Below, piece after piece: positions 18,894 through 28,299 of a DNA stretch of 64,000 nt. Position 1 is the stretch's first letter, and each line of letters begins with the position of its first letter. Below the pieces are notes generated by a model that was not told where the DNA came from, made no database searches, and was given only the letters and a program-made list of their open reading frames with translations. The stretch covers positions 96,989 to 160,988 of the forward strand of contig CACJML010000003.1 of NCBI GenBank assembly GCA_902594515.1, given 5' to 3'. Both the position numbers and the translations under genes were made by a program. This stretch comes from an uncultured SAR86 cluster bacterium (GTDB lineage Bacteria; Pseudomonadota; Gammaproteobacteria; Magnimaribacterales; D2472).

Positions 18894-20432
18894 TTGAAAA
18901 AAATTGTACAAGTTCCTGATCTTGGTGATGCAAATGAAGTCGAAGTGATAGAAGTTTGCGTAAAAAAAGGGGATGTGATTTCAGCTGATGATCCATTAAT
19001 TGTTCTTGAATCTGAAAAAGCTGCAATGGAGGTTCCCTCTCCTGATGCTGGAAAAATTGTTGACATAAAAATATCTCTAGGAGATCAAGTATCTAAAGGC
19101 GACTCAATTCTCGAGATTGAATTTGAAGAAATTAAGGCTGGTAAAAAATTAAATCAATCGAAACCCAGTAATCCTAATGAATCAAAAGCTATTCAAAGCA
19201 TACCTATTCCAGATTTAGGTGATGCTGAGGATGTTGAAGTCATTGAGCTTTGCGTAAAGGTTGGAGATAAAGTAAATCAAGATGACTCAATTATAGTTCT
19301 CGAATCAGAAAAAGCTGCAATGGAGGTTCCAACCCCAGTTGAGGGTGTTATAAAAAAAATCAATGTAGATATTGGAGATAAGGTTTCTGAAGGAAATATT
19401 TTTTTAGAAGTTGAAACCTTAGCGTCCTCATTACCGATTCCCGACAAAGAAATCTCTCCACCTAAAGCTGAAGTTCCTGCTGAAGGTGAAGCGCAAAAAA
19501 ATACCGGTGCAACACTCAACGAAACTCAACCAGTTACTCAGTCAAAATTTAATGTATATGCAGGTCCTGCAGTAAGAAAGCTTGCCAGAGAATTTGGAAT
19601 TGATCTAAATTTGATTCAACCTACAGGCCCTAAAGGGAGAATTTTAAAAACTGATTTACATAAATTTGTTCAGAGGAAGTTATCTGGACAAGAATCTTCA
19701 GGCTTTAAATTCAATCAGCCAAATGTTGATTATTCTCAGTGGGGTAAGATAGAAGAAAAATCGTTTACTAAATTCGAGAAAACTGCTCTAAAGAATTTAC
19801 ATAATTCATGGATAAATATTCCTCATGTAACTCAGCATCATGAAATAGATTTTTCATTGGTTTCAGGTATCAGAAAATCTAAAAAAAAGGAAAATATAAG
19901 TATTTCCCCTCTAGCATTCATCGTTTATGCAGTTTCAAAACTGCTCAAGGACTTTCCATTACTTAACTCTTCTCTGAATGCAAGTGTAGATGGCTACATT
20001 TCCAAAGATTATGTAAATATTGGAATAGCCGTTGATACAGAACGAGGATTAATGGTTCCAAACATTAAGAATGCGGATAAATTATCTGTTCAAGAAATAT
20101 CGGAGAACATTAATGGGCTTGCACAAAAAGCAAAGAGTAAGAAGATAAAACCAGAGGACCTAAAGGGAGCAACTTTTAGCATTTCTTCACTTGGAAATAT
20201 TGGCGGTGGATTTTTTACCCCTATTATCAATCCCCCTGAGGTTGCAATCTTGGGCCTTTCTAAAACCTATCAAAAACCATATTTAAGTTCTTCAAAAAGC
20301 TTAAAAGAAAAAGAAGTTTTGCCAGTCTCGCTATCTTATGATCATAGGCTTATAAATGGTGTTTATGGCGCACAGTTTGTTACATCGCTAGATGCTATAC
20401 TTCAAGATGCTAAATTATTTGAAAAAATATGA
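18894..20432 (+). CDS. aceF: Dihydrolipoamide acetyltransferase E2 with two lipoyl domains
   Basis: Two ESEKAAMEVP lipoyl domains, the AGPAVRKLARE subunit-binding domain, and catalytic SLSYDHRLING. Confidence 0.95.
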   Translation: MKKIVQVPDLGDANEVEVIEVCVKKGDVISADDPLIVLESEKAAMEVPSPDAGKIVDIKISLGDQVSKGDSILEIEFEEIKAGKKLNQSKPSNPNESKAIQSIPIPDLGDAEDVEVIELCVKVGDKVNQDDSIIVLESEKAAMEVPTPVEGVIKKINVDIGDKVSEGNIFLEVETLASSLPIPDKEISPPKAEVPAEGEAQKNTGATLNETQPVTQSKFNVYAGPAVRKLAREFGIDLNLIQPTGPKGRILKTDLHKFVQRKLSGQESSGFKFNQPNVDYSQWGKIEEKSFTKFEKTALKNLHNSWINIPHVTQHHEIDFSLVSGIRKSKKKENISISPLAFIVYAVSKLLKDFPLLNSSLNASVDGYISKDYVNIGIAVDTERGLMVPNIKNADKLSVQEISENINGLAQKAKSKKIKPEDLKGATFSISSLGNIGGGFFTPIINPPEVAILGLSKTYQKPYLSSSKSLKEKEVLPVSLSYDHRLINGVYGAQFVTSLDAILQDAKLFEKI

Positions 20433-21193
20433 CAGATAGAAATTTTAAAGATGGTTGCGTATTTGTTATAGGGGGTACAGGAGGAGTTGGCTCTGCATGC
20501 GTGAAGAGTTTTCATGAAGCAGGTGCAAATGTTGTTTTTTCATATAATTCAAATCTTGAGGAAGCAAAAAAAATAGAAGATGCGCATAATGGAGTAGCAT
20601 CTATACAGCTAAATTTAATTGATGAAGATTCAGTTAAAAATTGTATAGCCAAAATCAGCAAAGACCATAATGGCATTAATACAGTTATTAACGCGGCTGG
20701 TTTTAATATTCCTCAAAAATATATATCTGAGATTGACTCAAAATTATGGAGAGACGTTATTGAGTCTGATATAAATGGTTTTTTTAATCTTGTTCATCAT
20801 AGTCTTCCTGAACTTCGCAAATCTAAAGGATCAATAGTATTTATTAGTTCAGCTGGTTTATTTAGGTATCCGCCTGGTGACGCATTATCTGTTGCACCCA
20901 AAGCAACCATTGAGTATTTAATTAAAGGAATTGCCAAAGAAGAGGGAGTTAATGGCGTAAGAGCTAACTCAATTGCTTTGGGTGTTATTGATGCTGGAAT
21001 TTTTCATAGACTTCTAAATGAGGAAAATACATTTTTTGACGAGGCTTGGCATGAAGCAGTGTTAAATAATCTTGCTTTAAAAAGATTTGGACAAGCAGAC
21101 GAAGTATCTGAAACAGCACTATTTTTGGCATCATCTAAAGCTGCTTATATTACGGGTCACTGTATACCAGTTGACGGCGGCTATCACCTATAA
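20429..21193 (+). CDS. Short-chain dehydrogenase/reductase
   Basis: GGTGGVG, INAAG, GVRANSIALG, YITGHCIPVDGG; the catalytic YxxxK appears as SVAPK. Confidence 0.88.
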   Translation: MTDRNFKDGCVFVIGGTGGVGSACVKSFHEAGANVVFSYNSNLEEAKKIEDAHNGVASIQLNLIDEDSVKNCIAKISKDHNGINTVINAAGFNIPQKYISEIDSKLWRDVIESDINGFFNLVHHSLPELRKSKGSIVFISSAGLFRYPPGDALSVAPKATIEYLIKGIAKEEGVNGVRANSIALGVIDAGIFHRLLNEENTFFDEAWHEAVLNNLALKRFGQADEVSETALFLASSKAAYITGHCIPVDGGYHL

Positions 21194-21197
21194 GCAA

Positions 21198-22403
21198 TTA
21201 AACAAAATAATCTGTATTTTCAACGCCTAGCTGCATGGCACCAAAATTACGGCTAAAGCCTACAGGATTATTTGCCACATGAGCCCTTGCAGTATGAACA
21301 TCTAAAAATAATTTTTGTATTTCACTTCCAAGAAAAACTGATGCACCTCCTGCATTAGCAAAAAGCTTATCGACAACACTCAGGCATTTCTCAAGGACAA
21401 GGGATGCATCATATCTAAACTTAACCCTGTCAATTAGGGGTATGCCACCTTGGTTGCCAGCCAAATCTATCATGACATCATAATTTCTGAACATAACTGT
21501 TTCGATAGCATCCAATTCAGCATGTGCATCGGCAACAAGGGTTTGGGTGTGAGTATCACCTGCAAGTTTCGCAGGATCACTTGATGCCTTATTGTTTGCA
21601 CCTTCAATAAATAACTCAAGCATTCTTTTGGTTGCACCTATTGCGGGAGTGGATACTGCTCGCACGAATAATTGACCCCACGGGATTTTAAATAGATCAT
21701 TTTTATTAACTTCATATCCAGGATTAGTGAGATTAAATCCGTCAGATTGTTTATGGGTTCTGTATTCTGGAACAAAAACATCTTTAACTATGACATCCTG
21801 ACTTCCGGTAGCTTTGAGTCCCATTGAATGCCAGGTGTCATTAATTTCATAATCTTCTCTAGGCAACAAAAATGTTCTATATTCTGGTGCACCACCCTCA
21901 GGAGGAAAAACAAGCGCACCTAGTAATGCCCATTCGCAATGCTCTGAACCACTAGACCACTGCCAATGACCAGAAAGTTTGAAACCACCATCAACTACTT
22001 CAACTTGACCTAATGGAGCATAAGAGGAAGAGACTAGGGTGTTAGGATCATCTCCATAAACCTCATTTTGTGCTTTATCATCATAAAGAGCCAATTGAAA
22101 TGGATGGATTCCAACAACGCCCAGAACCCAAGCTGTAGACATACATCCTTGCGCAACTCTAATCTGAACCTCTGAAAAAGTATGTGGATCTAATTCATAT
22201 CCACCATATTTTTTTGATTGAAGTATTTTAAAAAAGCCAGCTTCTTTAAAATCTTGAATTGTTTCTTTAGGAATCCTTCTGTCACTGTTTGCAGAATTAG
22301 ATCTTTCTCTTAAAACAGGTATCATTGCCTCAGCTTTTGCAATAAGCTCATCATGCAGCGATTGATTAGTTCTTTCAGTTTGTGTTGAAAATTTGTATGA
22401 CAT
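21198..22403 (-). CDS. Two-component flavin-dependent monooxygenase, oxygenase subunit (HsaA-like, acyl-CoA dehydrogenase fold)
   Basis: GCMSTAWV, SSSYAP, LSGHWQWSSGSEHC, DTWHSMGLKATGS, DVHTARAH. Confidence 0.88.
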   Translation of the reverse strand: MSYKFSTQTERTNQSLHDELIAKAEAMIPVLRERSNSANSDRRIPKETIQDFKEAGFFKILQSKKYGGYELDPHTFSEVQIRVAQGCMSTAWVLGVVGIHPFQLALYDDKAQNEVYGDDPNTLVSSSYAPLGQVEVVDGGFKLSGHWQWSSGSEHCEWALLGALVFPPEGGAPEYRTFLLPREDYEINDTWHSMGLKATGSQDVIVKDVFVPEYRTHKQSDGFNLTNPGYEVNKNDLFKIPWGQLFVRAVSTPAIGATKRMLELFIEGANNKASSDPAKLAGDTHTQTLVADAHAELDAIETVMFRNYDVMIDLAGNQGGIPLIDRVKFRYDASLVLEKCLSVVDKLFANAGGASVFLGSEIQKLFLDVHTARAHVANNPVGFSRNFGAMQLGVENTDYFV

Positions 22404-22458
22404 ATTATTTATACCTCGTAGATAATTTTAATGGTTGGATCCCATTAAACAATAAATA

Positions 22459-22491
22459 ATTACGTAATATTAATATTATTAATTACGCAAA
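22459..22491. promoter_or_regulatory. Putative repressor operator pair in a divergent intergenic region
   Basis: Perfect palindrome ATTACGTAAT (22459-22468) and near copy ATTACGCAAA (22482-22491) between the divergent monooxygenase and esterase genes. Confidence 0.4.
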
Positions 22492-22515
22492 AAAACAATA
22501 TTTATATTTTATAAG

Positions 22516-24342
22516 ATGATTTTAAGCAAATATATTTACTCATATAATAGATTATTTTATCTGTGTGTATTATTACTGATACCATTTTTCACTCATGCTA
22601 ATGTCAGCGTTTTAACTACGTCAGGATTAAGTAATGCCATTAAAAGCGATGGTGTCTATGTCTGGAAAAATATACCGTATGCAAAACCACCTATTGGTGA
22701 TTTAAGATGGAAAGCTCCACAAGAAATTCCATCTACAAATAAGGTTTTATCCGGTAAAGGAAGTGGCTGTATACAAGAGCCATCTAGGTATGCAGGTCTA
22801 GAGGGAGAGGGAGTAGTTGGATCAGAGGACTGTCTGTATCTTGACATTTATCAGCCAGAAAAAAATAGTAACGACAAGCTACCTGTAATGTTTTGGATCC
22901 ATGGTGGTGGTAATACAACTGGAACAAAAGATTATTATAATTTTTCAAAATTATCTTCCTCCAAGGGAATTGTTGTTGTAGTAATAAATTACAGACTTGG
23001 TCCCCTAGGATGGTTTCGTCATCCAGCAATTCAATCTCTTCAAGATGGTATTGATAAATCCTCAAATTTTGGAACTTTGGACATCATTATGGCACTTAAG
23101 TGGGTTCAAAAAAATATACACAACTTCGATGGCGATAAAAATAATGTAACAATTTTTGGGGAATCTGCAGGTGGGCATAATGTAATGACAATGTTGGCAA
23201 CGCCACTTTCCAATGGACTTTTTCATAAAGCTATTTCTCAATCAGGATATACGACTTCTTATACAGCTGAACAATCTCTTGGAGTCTCAAGCAACAATTC
23301 AGTAATTAACGATTTTGGCTCATTAAATGTATTTAGCAATGCTTCTGTCTCGAAGATAACCGAAAGTGTTATCAAAAACTTTAATGAACTTGATTTGCAA
23401 TCTCAAAGACGGTTTTTAAAAAACCTAAAAGCAGAGGATTTTCTTTCAAAATATCTTGAACTAGAGAAAGAAACATTCGACTACATACCATTGGTCAATA
23501 GAGATGGAATTGTAATTCCAAATGAAGGAATACTATCTGCTCTTGGAAATAAAAAATATGCAAAAAATGTGCCTGTAATTTTTGGTTCCAACAAGGATGA
23601 ATTATCTTTGTGGCTTGGTGTAAACAATTATTTTTCTGAGAGAACCTATCCATTCACTAGACTAATACCAATCTCAAAAATTGAATTAAAAAATCCCGAG
23701 CTATATAGGTTATGGTTGAGTGTCAGATCTGAGGCTTGGAAACTCAGAGGAGTTGATGAACCGCTTCTTCAACTTGTAAAAGCAGGCTATAAAAATACTT
23801 ATGCATATAGATTTGACTGGGATGATCAGAAGAAAAGTTTTTTTGCAGACTTTCCAAATATAATAGGTGCTGCACATGGTCTTGAAATTGCTTTTCTCAC
23901 AGCAGAATATAAGTTTGGACCAGTTTCTAGTTATGTTTATCCAAAGACTGACGAAAGAGATCAGATGGAAGAAACTTTTTTAAGTGCATGGTCAAACTTT
24001 GCAAAAAAAGGAGAACCTATTATTGAAAATACTAAAGTTCAGTGGGAAAAATATACACCTTCTGAACAAGCTTTTATGGTCCTTGATAATTTAAATCAAT
24101 TACGTTCAATATCTGATAAAAAAAATATGGATGACATCTTAAGTTTTGCAAACACTAATGTTGCTACTGACTTAGAGAAATGTCTTCTGGTGAGAGAGAC
24201 AGTCATTAATATAGGAGATCCTAATGTATCACTTCTTAATGATTGGAATAATGGATCATGTAATAGGTTTGATCTTGAATTTGAGCTAAGAAAAATTGAA
24301 GATGACTTAATCAGTAAATATGGCCAAGTTTCAGTATTCTAA
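22516..24342 (+). CDS. Secreted type-B carboxylesterase/lipase
   Basis: Signal peptide; IPYAKPPIGDLRW, SEDCLYL, WIHGGG, FGESAGG (catalytic Ser), AAHGLE. Confidence 0.92.
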   Translation: MILSKYIYSYNRLFYLCVLLLIPFFTHANVSVLTTSGLSNAIKSDGVYVWKNIPYAKPPIGDLRWKAPQEIPSTNKVLSGKGSGCIQEPSRYAGLEGEGVVGSEDCLYLDIYQPEKNSNDKLPVMFWIHGGGNTTGTKDYYNFSKLSSSKGIVVVVINYRLGPLGWFRHPAIQSLQDGIDKSSNFGTLDIIMALKWVQKNIHNFDGDKNNVTIFGESAGGHNVMTMLATPLSNGLFHKAISQSGYTTSYTAEQSLGVSSNNSVINDFGSLNVFSNASVSKITESVIKNFNELDLQSQRRFLKNLKAEDFLSKYLELEKETFDYIPLVNRDGIVIPNEGILSALGNKKYAKNVPVIFGSNKDELSLWLGVNNYFSERTYPFTRLIPISKIELKNPELYRLWLSVRSEAWKLRGVDEPLLQLVKAGYKNTYAYRFDWDDQKKSFFADFPNIIGAAHGLEIAFLTAEYKFGPVSSYVYPKTDERDQMEETFLSAWSNFAKKGEPIIENTKVQWEKYTPSEQAFMVLDNLNQLRSISDKKNMDDILSFANTNVATDLEKCLLVRETVINIGDPNVSLLNDWNNGSCNRFDLEFELRKIEDDLISKYGQVSVF

Positions 24343-26485
24343 AAGTTTTCTATTTCTATTCCTATTTGGGTTGATTGGATGCGGTTCAGATGTACCTCCA
24401 GGTTCCGTGGAAGGCGATCCTCGAAATGAAAACAAGATCTATGAATCTGATTTGAAGTTTTATAAGACTAAGGAGAGCCTATTTCAATCCTCACAAGAAG
24501 TTATTGATGACACCCAAATCCTTTTTGGTGATCTGCATGTACATACTACGTATTCCATAGATGCTTTTACATTGGAATTGCCAATGATGGGTTTGCAAGG
24601 AGTTCACGATAGTTCTATGGCATGTGACTTTGCAAGATATTGCGCAAACCTAGATTTTTTTAGTTTCAATGATCATGCAGAAAGCTTAACGCCCGAGCAT
24701 TGGCGAGATCAAAAAGAAATTGTTCAGCAATGCAACATAAATTCCACTGATTCAGTTACAGCTGATTTGACTGTTTTTCCAGGCTGGGAATGGACACAAA
24801 TAGGTAACACTCCTGAAAATCATTGGGGCCACAGAAATGTTATTTTTAAGGATTTAGATTCTTTGCCTGCTCGACCAATAGGATCTAGAACTCCGGAGTC
24901 TGGGCTAGGAGTATTTAATATGACAAGGCAAGCAATCAATGCAAGATGGATAGATCCATTAAACTTTAAAAGATACTCTGATTTAGAATGGTTGCTTGAT
25001 AGAGTCGCCGAGATACCCTTTTGTGATAATCAATCAAGTGTCCATGAGCTTCCTCTTGATTGTTACGAATACGCAGAAACACCTAGAGATCTTTTTAGCA
25101 AACTTGATGAATGGGGTCATGATTCAATAGTTATACCTCATGGAGCATCTTGGGGCCTTCATGTTCCTTACAATACATCTTGGGACAACAGATTGAATAA
25201 ACAGGGCCATGATCCTAAAAAACAAATTCTTCTTGAGGTTATGTCAGGACATGGAAACAGTGAAGAGTTTAAAAGTTTTTTTGGTGCTGGATTAAATGAT
25301 GATGGATCAATGTTATGTCCAGAGCCAACCAGTGACTTTTTGCCTTGTTGCTGGCAAGCGGGAGAGATTATGAAGGCAAGATGTGAGGGTTTATCTGAAG
25401 CTGAGTGCTCTGCAAGAGTTGAGCTAGCCAAACAATATACACTTGAGGCAGGACCTTACTCTAATATGGTATTCCCAGAAGCTGAACCCGAAGAGTGGTT
25501 AAACTGCAATCAGTGCACAGATTGCTTCAAGCCTGCTTTTAATTACAGGCCAAAGCAATCTGCACAATATGCACTAGCTTTAACTAATTTCTCTGAGGAT
25601 GATCAGAGATATAATTTTGGATTCATAGCCTCCACTGATGATCACACCGCAAGACCTGGAACAGGTTATAAACAATATGAGCGTCGGAAAATGACATTTG
25701 CTGCAGGTGTAAAATCTCCCCTTTTTGATTATAAGTATCCCGCAGAAGATCCTAATTTTCCTGAATTACCCAGCACTCTTCCTGGAGAATCTCAGACAGA
25801 CAGTGAAAGGAATTCAAGCTTTGCTTATCCTGGTGGACTTGTAGCCGTGCATTCAAAATCAAGATCTCGTGATGATATTTGGCAAGCATTGAAGGATAAG
25901 AATGTATACGGTACTTCTGGCCCAAGAATCTTGCTCTGGTTCGATCTATTGAATGGGCCAAATGGCGAGGCTTCTATGGGGAGTGAAGTTACCATGATTT
26001 CTAATCCTACATTTAGAGTCAAAGCTGCAGGCAGCTTCAAACAAATTCCAGGCTGTCCTGAGTATTCGATTGATTCACTTTCAGAAGAAAGATTGGATTA
26101 TTTGTGCTCAGGAGAATGCTATAACCCAAGTTCAGAGAGATATTTGATTGATAGAATTGAGATAATCAAAATTACCCCACAGGAATATCAAGGTGAGCCC
26201 ATAGGACCTCTAATTCAAGATAAATGGAAGGTTATTGACTGCCCTAAATCAAATTCAGGATGCGTGGTCGAATTTGAAGATTCTGAATACTCAAGAGACA
26301 GTACATATTATGTAAGAGCTATTCAGGAAGGCACACTTGCCATTAATGGTGAGAATATAACTATCGAAGAAGGTGGAGAAGTAAATATTTGTAAAGGTAG
26401 TTACAAAACAAATCTAAACGATGACTGTCTTTCAATGATTGAAGAAAGAGCATGGTCTTCGCCTATTTATCTATCCAAGCCCTAG
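24320..26485 (+). CDS. DUF3604-family PHP-fold metallohydrolase, lipoprotein
   Basis: Lipobox LIGC; FGDLHVHTTYSIDA, NDHAE, GWEWT, HRNVIF, STDDH, YGTSGPRI, YYVRA, ERAWSSPI. Confidence 0.85.
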   Translation: MAKFQYSKSFLFLFLFGLIGCGSDVPPGSVEGDPRNENKIYESDLKFYKTKESLFQSSQEVIDDTQILFGDLHVHTTYSIDAFTLELPMMGLQGVHDSSMACDFARYCANLDFFSFNDHAESLTPEHWRDQKEIVQQCNINSTDSVTADLTVFPGWEWTQIGNTPENHWGHRNVIFKDLDSLPARPIGSRTPESGLGVFNMTRQAINARWIDPLNFKRYSDLEWLLDRVAEIPFCDNQSSVHELPLDCYEYAETPRDLFSKLDEWGHDSIVIPHGASWGLHVPYNTSWDNRLNKQGHDPKKQILLEVMSGHGNSEEFKSFFGAGLNDDGSMLCPEPTSDFLPCCWQAGEIMKARCEGLSEAECSARVELAKQYTLEAGPYSNMVFPEAEPEEWLNCNQCTDCFKPAFNYRPKQSAQYALALTNFSEDDQRYNFGFIASTDDHTARPGTGYKQYERRKMTFAAGVKSPLFDYKYPAEDPNFPELPSTLPGESQTDSERNSSFAYPGGLVAVHSKSRSRDDIWQALKDKNVYGTSGPRILLWFDLLNGPNGEASMGSEVTMISNPTFRVKAAGSFKQIPGCPEYSIDSLSEERLDYLCSGECYNPSSERYLIDRIEIIKITPQEYQGEPIGPLIQDKWKVIDCPKSNSGCVVEFEDSEYSRDSTYYVRAIQEGTLAINGENITIEEGGEVNICKGSYKTNLNDDCLSMIEERAWSSPIYLSKP

Positions 26486-26896
26486 ATTTTTTATCTTAAC
26501 TAAATCACTTCTTTTAATTTTAAGAAGGTCACCAATCTGCATGAACAAACTTTCTTCATAGGGATCAACAATGCCATCTGCCAATACAACTTCCCAAATT
26601 GCTTTTAAAGCCTCAATCTTATTATCTTTATTCGAGCCTGTATTAATGATTTCTATAAAGGGGTGGAGTGAGCTTTCGTTTTCAGCTTCGCCAGAAAGCC
26701 TATTTAAATTTTCAAGGAAGTTATCATTACCATAAATTTGTTTATAGTTCTCCTTAATCTGATTTAACTCAGAATCATCAATTTTTCCATCAAGTCTGGC
26801 GATTTCAAGCATTAAAATAATATATGCTTCTTCAACGCGTTCTTTATCGTTATTGCCATCGTTAATTTTAATTTTCTTCTTAAATAAATTAATCAT
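26471..26896 (-). CDS. TerB-family (tellurite resistance/DjlA N-terminal-like) protein
   Basis: LEIARLDGKIDDSE and WEVVLADGIVDPYE motifs. Confidence 0.85.
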   Translation of the reverse strand: MINLFKKKIKINDGNNDKERVEEAYIILMLEIARLDGKIDDSELNQIKENYKQIYGNDNFLENLNRLSGEAENESSLHPFIEIINTGSNKDNKIEALKAIWEVVLADGIVDPYEESLFMQIGDLLKIKRSDLVKIKNLGLG

Positions 26897-28277
26897 TTTT
26901 TAAAAGCAACCTGTTGAAGAGGAAGTAGCTTAATCCAAGAAGTATAAAAAGATAAAGGGATAAGTTCGAATTTAGGTAGTACTCAGCATATAAACCTAAT
27001 GCCATCATTGATATTGAGAGGATTGCCATCAACGAAAGAACATTTGACGCAGAGAGACCCTTTTCAATTAAGAGGTGATGTAAGTGATTTCTTTCAGCAC
27101 TAAAGATTTTTTGTTTCCTACTTAATCGATCAAATATTACATAAATACAGTCACACAAAGGAATAAAAACTAACCATAAGGCATTTACAGGATTAAAGAA
27201 GTTGTTCTCAGAAGATGATAAGTAAATGCATGACCATGCTATAAAAAAACCAAGAAAAGATGAACCATTATCCCCAAGAAAGACTCTTCTCTTCACACCA
27301 AAAGCACCAAGGTTATACATTAAAAAGCCAAACAATGCTCCAAGGGTGATAATAAATGCGTAATTAATTACATCCAAGCCTGTCAAGATAATGAATCCAA
27401 CTAGCGCAGAACATATCATTGCTGCACATAAACCATTAAGTCCATCAATCATGTTAAATGCATTGATGATCCCTGTTACGCAAAATATTGTGAAGGGGAT
27501 TCCCCATGCTCCCAGCTTTATCACTTCCTCGTTTATGGTAATTCCAATTTCATCTATATAAATACCAGTTGCCATTATGAAAAAGAAATTTATAACTATA
27601 TGAAATAAGATTCTGTATTTAGCAGGTATACCTCTAGCATCATCAAACACAGTAAAAATTTGGAGCGCTAAACCAAATAAAATAAAAAAGAGAATAAAGT
27701 TATTTATTTCAAATGAATTGTTTGTATCAAATATAAAACTGTTAGTTGAATAATCAATATTATTCTCATCATCTAGCAAGGTGACCTCGCCATTTCTAAT
27801 AATATAATTCGAAACTTCGTTTCCGTTTGTTACCCTAAATGTAACCTCATCGATTTTTTTAATCTGAATTGTATTATCTATACCATCAAGCCTAACTTCA
27901 TAATCCGATGAGATATTATTTTCATTTTCAAAAACTAATAAATCGAAGACAGTTTGTTGATCTGATTCTTCAAGCCGCAAACTTTTTTTATAAACTGTGC
28001 GATCAACAGTTTCTGCATTACTTGAAAATAAATCAAAGACCTCTTTTTCAAGTTTGACATCAGCTAAAAATAACAGGCTTAAAAATCCAAGTATCATTGA
28101 AAACTGAATGGCAATACCTCCAGTTAATGGGGTAGGGCGATGATGAAACTTTCTGCTTCTATTGGGGATATCTATAAGCCAGTTTTTTTCTCTAGCAATG
28201 TTTCTGAGCAATCCATTCAAACTTATTGATCCAAAAATAGTTAAAAGAAAAACAACGACTGCTATACTTATATCCAT
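26889..28277 (-). CDS. wecA: Undecaprenyl-phosphate GlcNAc-1-phosphate transferase (WecA/MraY family) with a large soluble insertion
   Basis: DIPNRSRKFHHRPTPLTGG, FDD, INAFNMIDGLNGL, FLGDNGS, RNHLHH. Confidence 0.85.
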   Translation of the reverse strand: MDISIAVVVFLLTIFGSISLNGLLRNIAREKNWLIDIPNRSRKFHHRPTPLTGGIAIQFSMILGFLSLLFLADVKLEKEVFDLFSSNAETVDRTVYKKSLRLEESDQQTVFDLLVFENENNISSDYEVRLDGIDNTIQIKKIDEVTFRVTNGNEVSNYIIRNGEVTLLDDENNIDYSTNSFIFDTNNSFEINNFILFFILFGLALQIFTVFDDARGIPAKYRILFHIVINFFFIMATGIYIDEIGITINEEVIKLGAWGIPFTIFCVTGIINAFNMIDGLNGLCAAMICSALVGFIILTGLDVINYAFIITLGALFGFLMYNLGAFGVKRRVFLGDNGSSFLGFFIAWSCIYLSSSENNFFNPVNALWLVFIPLCDCIYVIFDRLSRKQKIFSAERNHLHHLLIEKGLSASNVLSLMAILSISMMALGLYAEYYLNSNLSLYLFILLGLSYFLFNRLLLKND

Positions 28278-28299
28278 TCTATATAACTAAAAAAATATT

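Noticed and set aside
18894-19420. Internal duplication in aceF
   Set aside because: Normal tandem lipoyl domains.
20330-20365. DHRLING instead of DHRxxDG in the E2 active site
   Set aside because: The Asn variant is known in Azotobacter/Pseudomonas-type E2.
27700-28070. Intein or intron in wecA
   Set aside because: The frame is continuous, with no Cys/Ser start plus His-Asn end or endonuclease motif; kept as a domain insertion.
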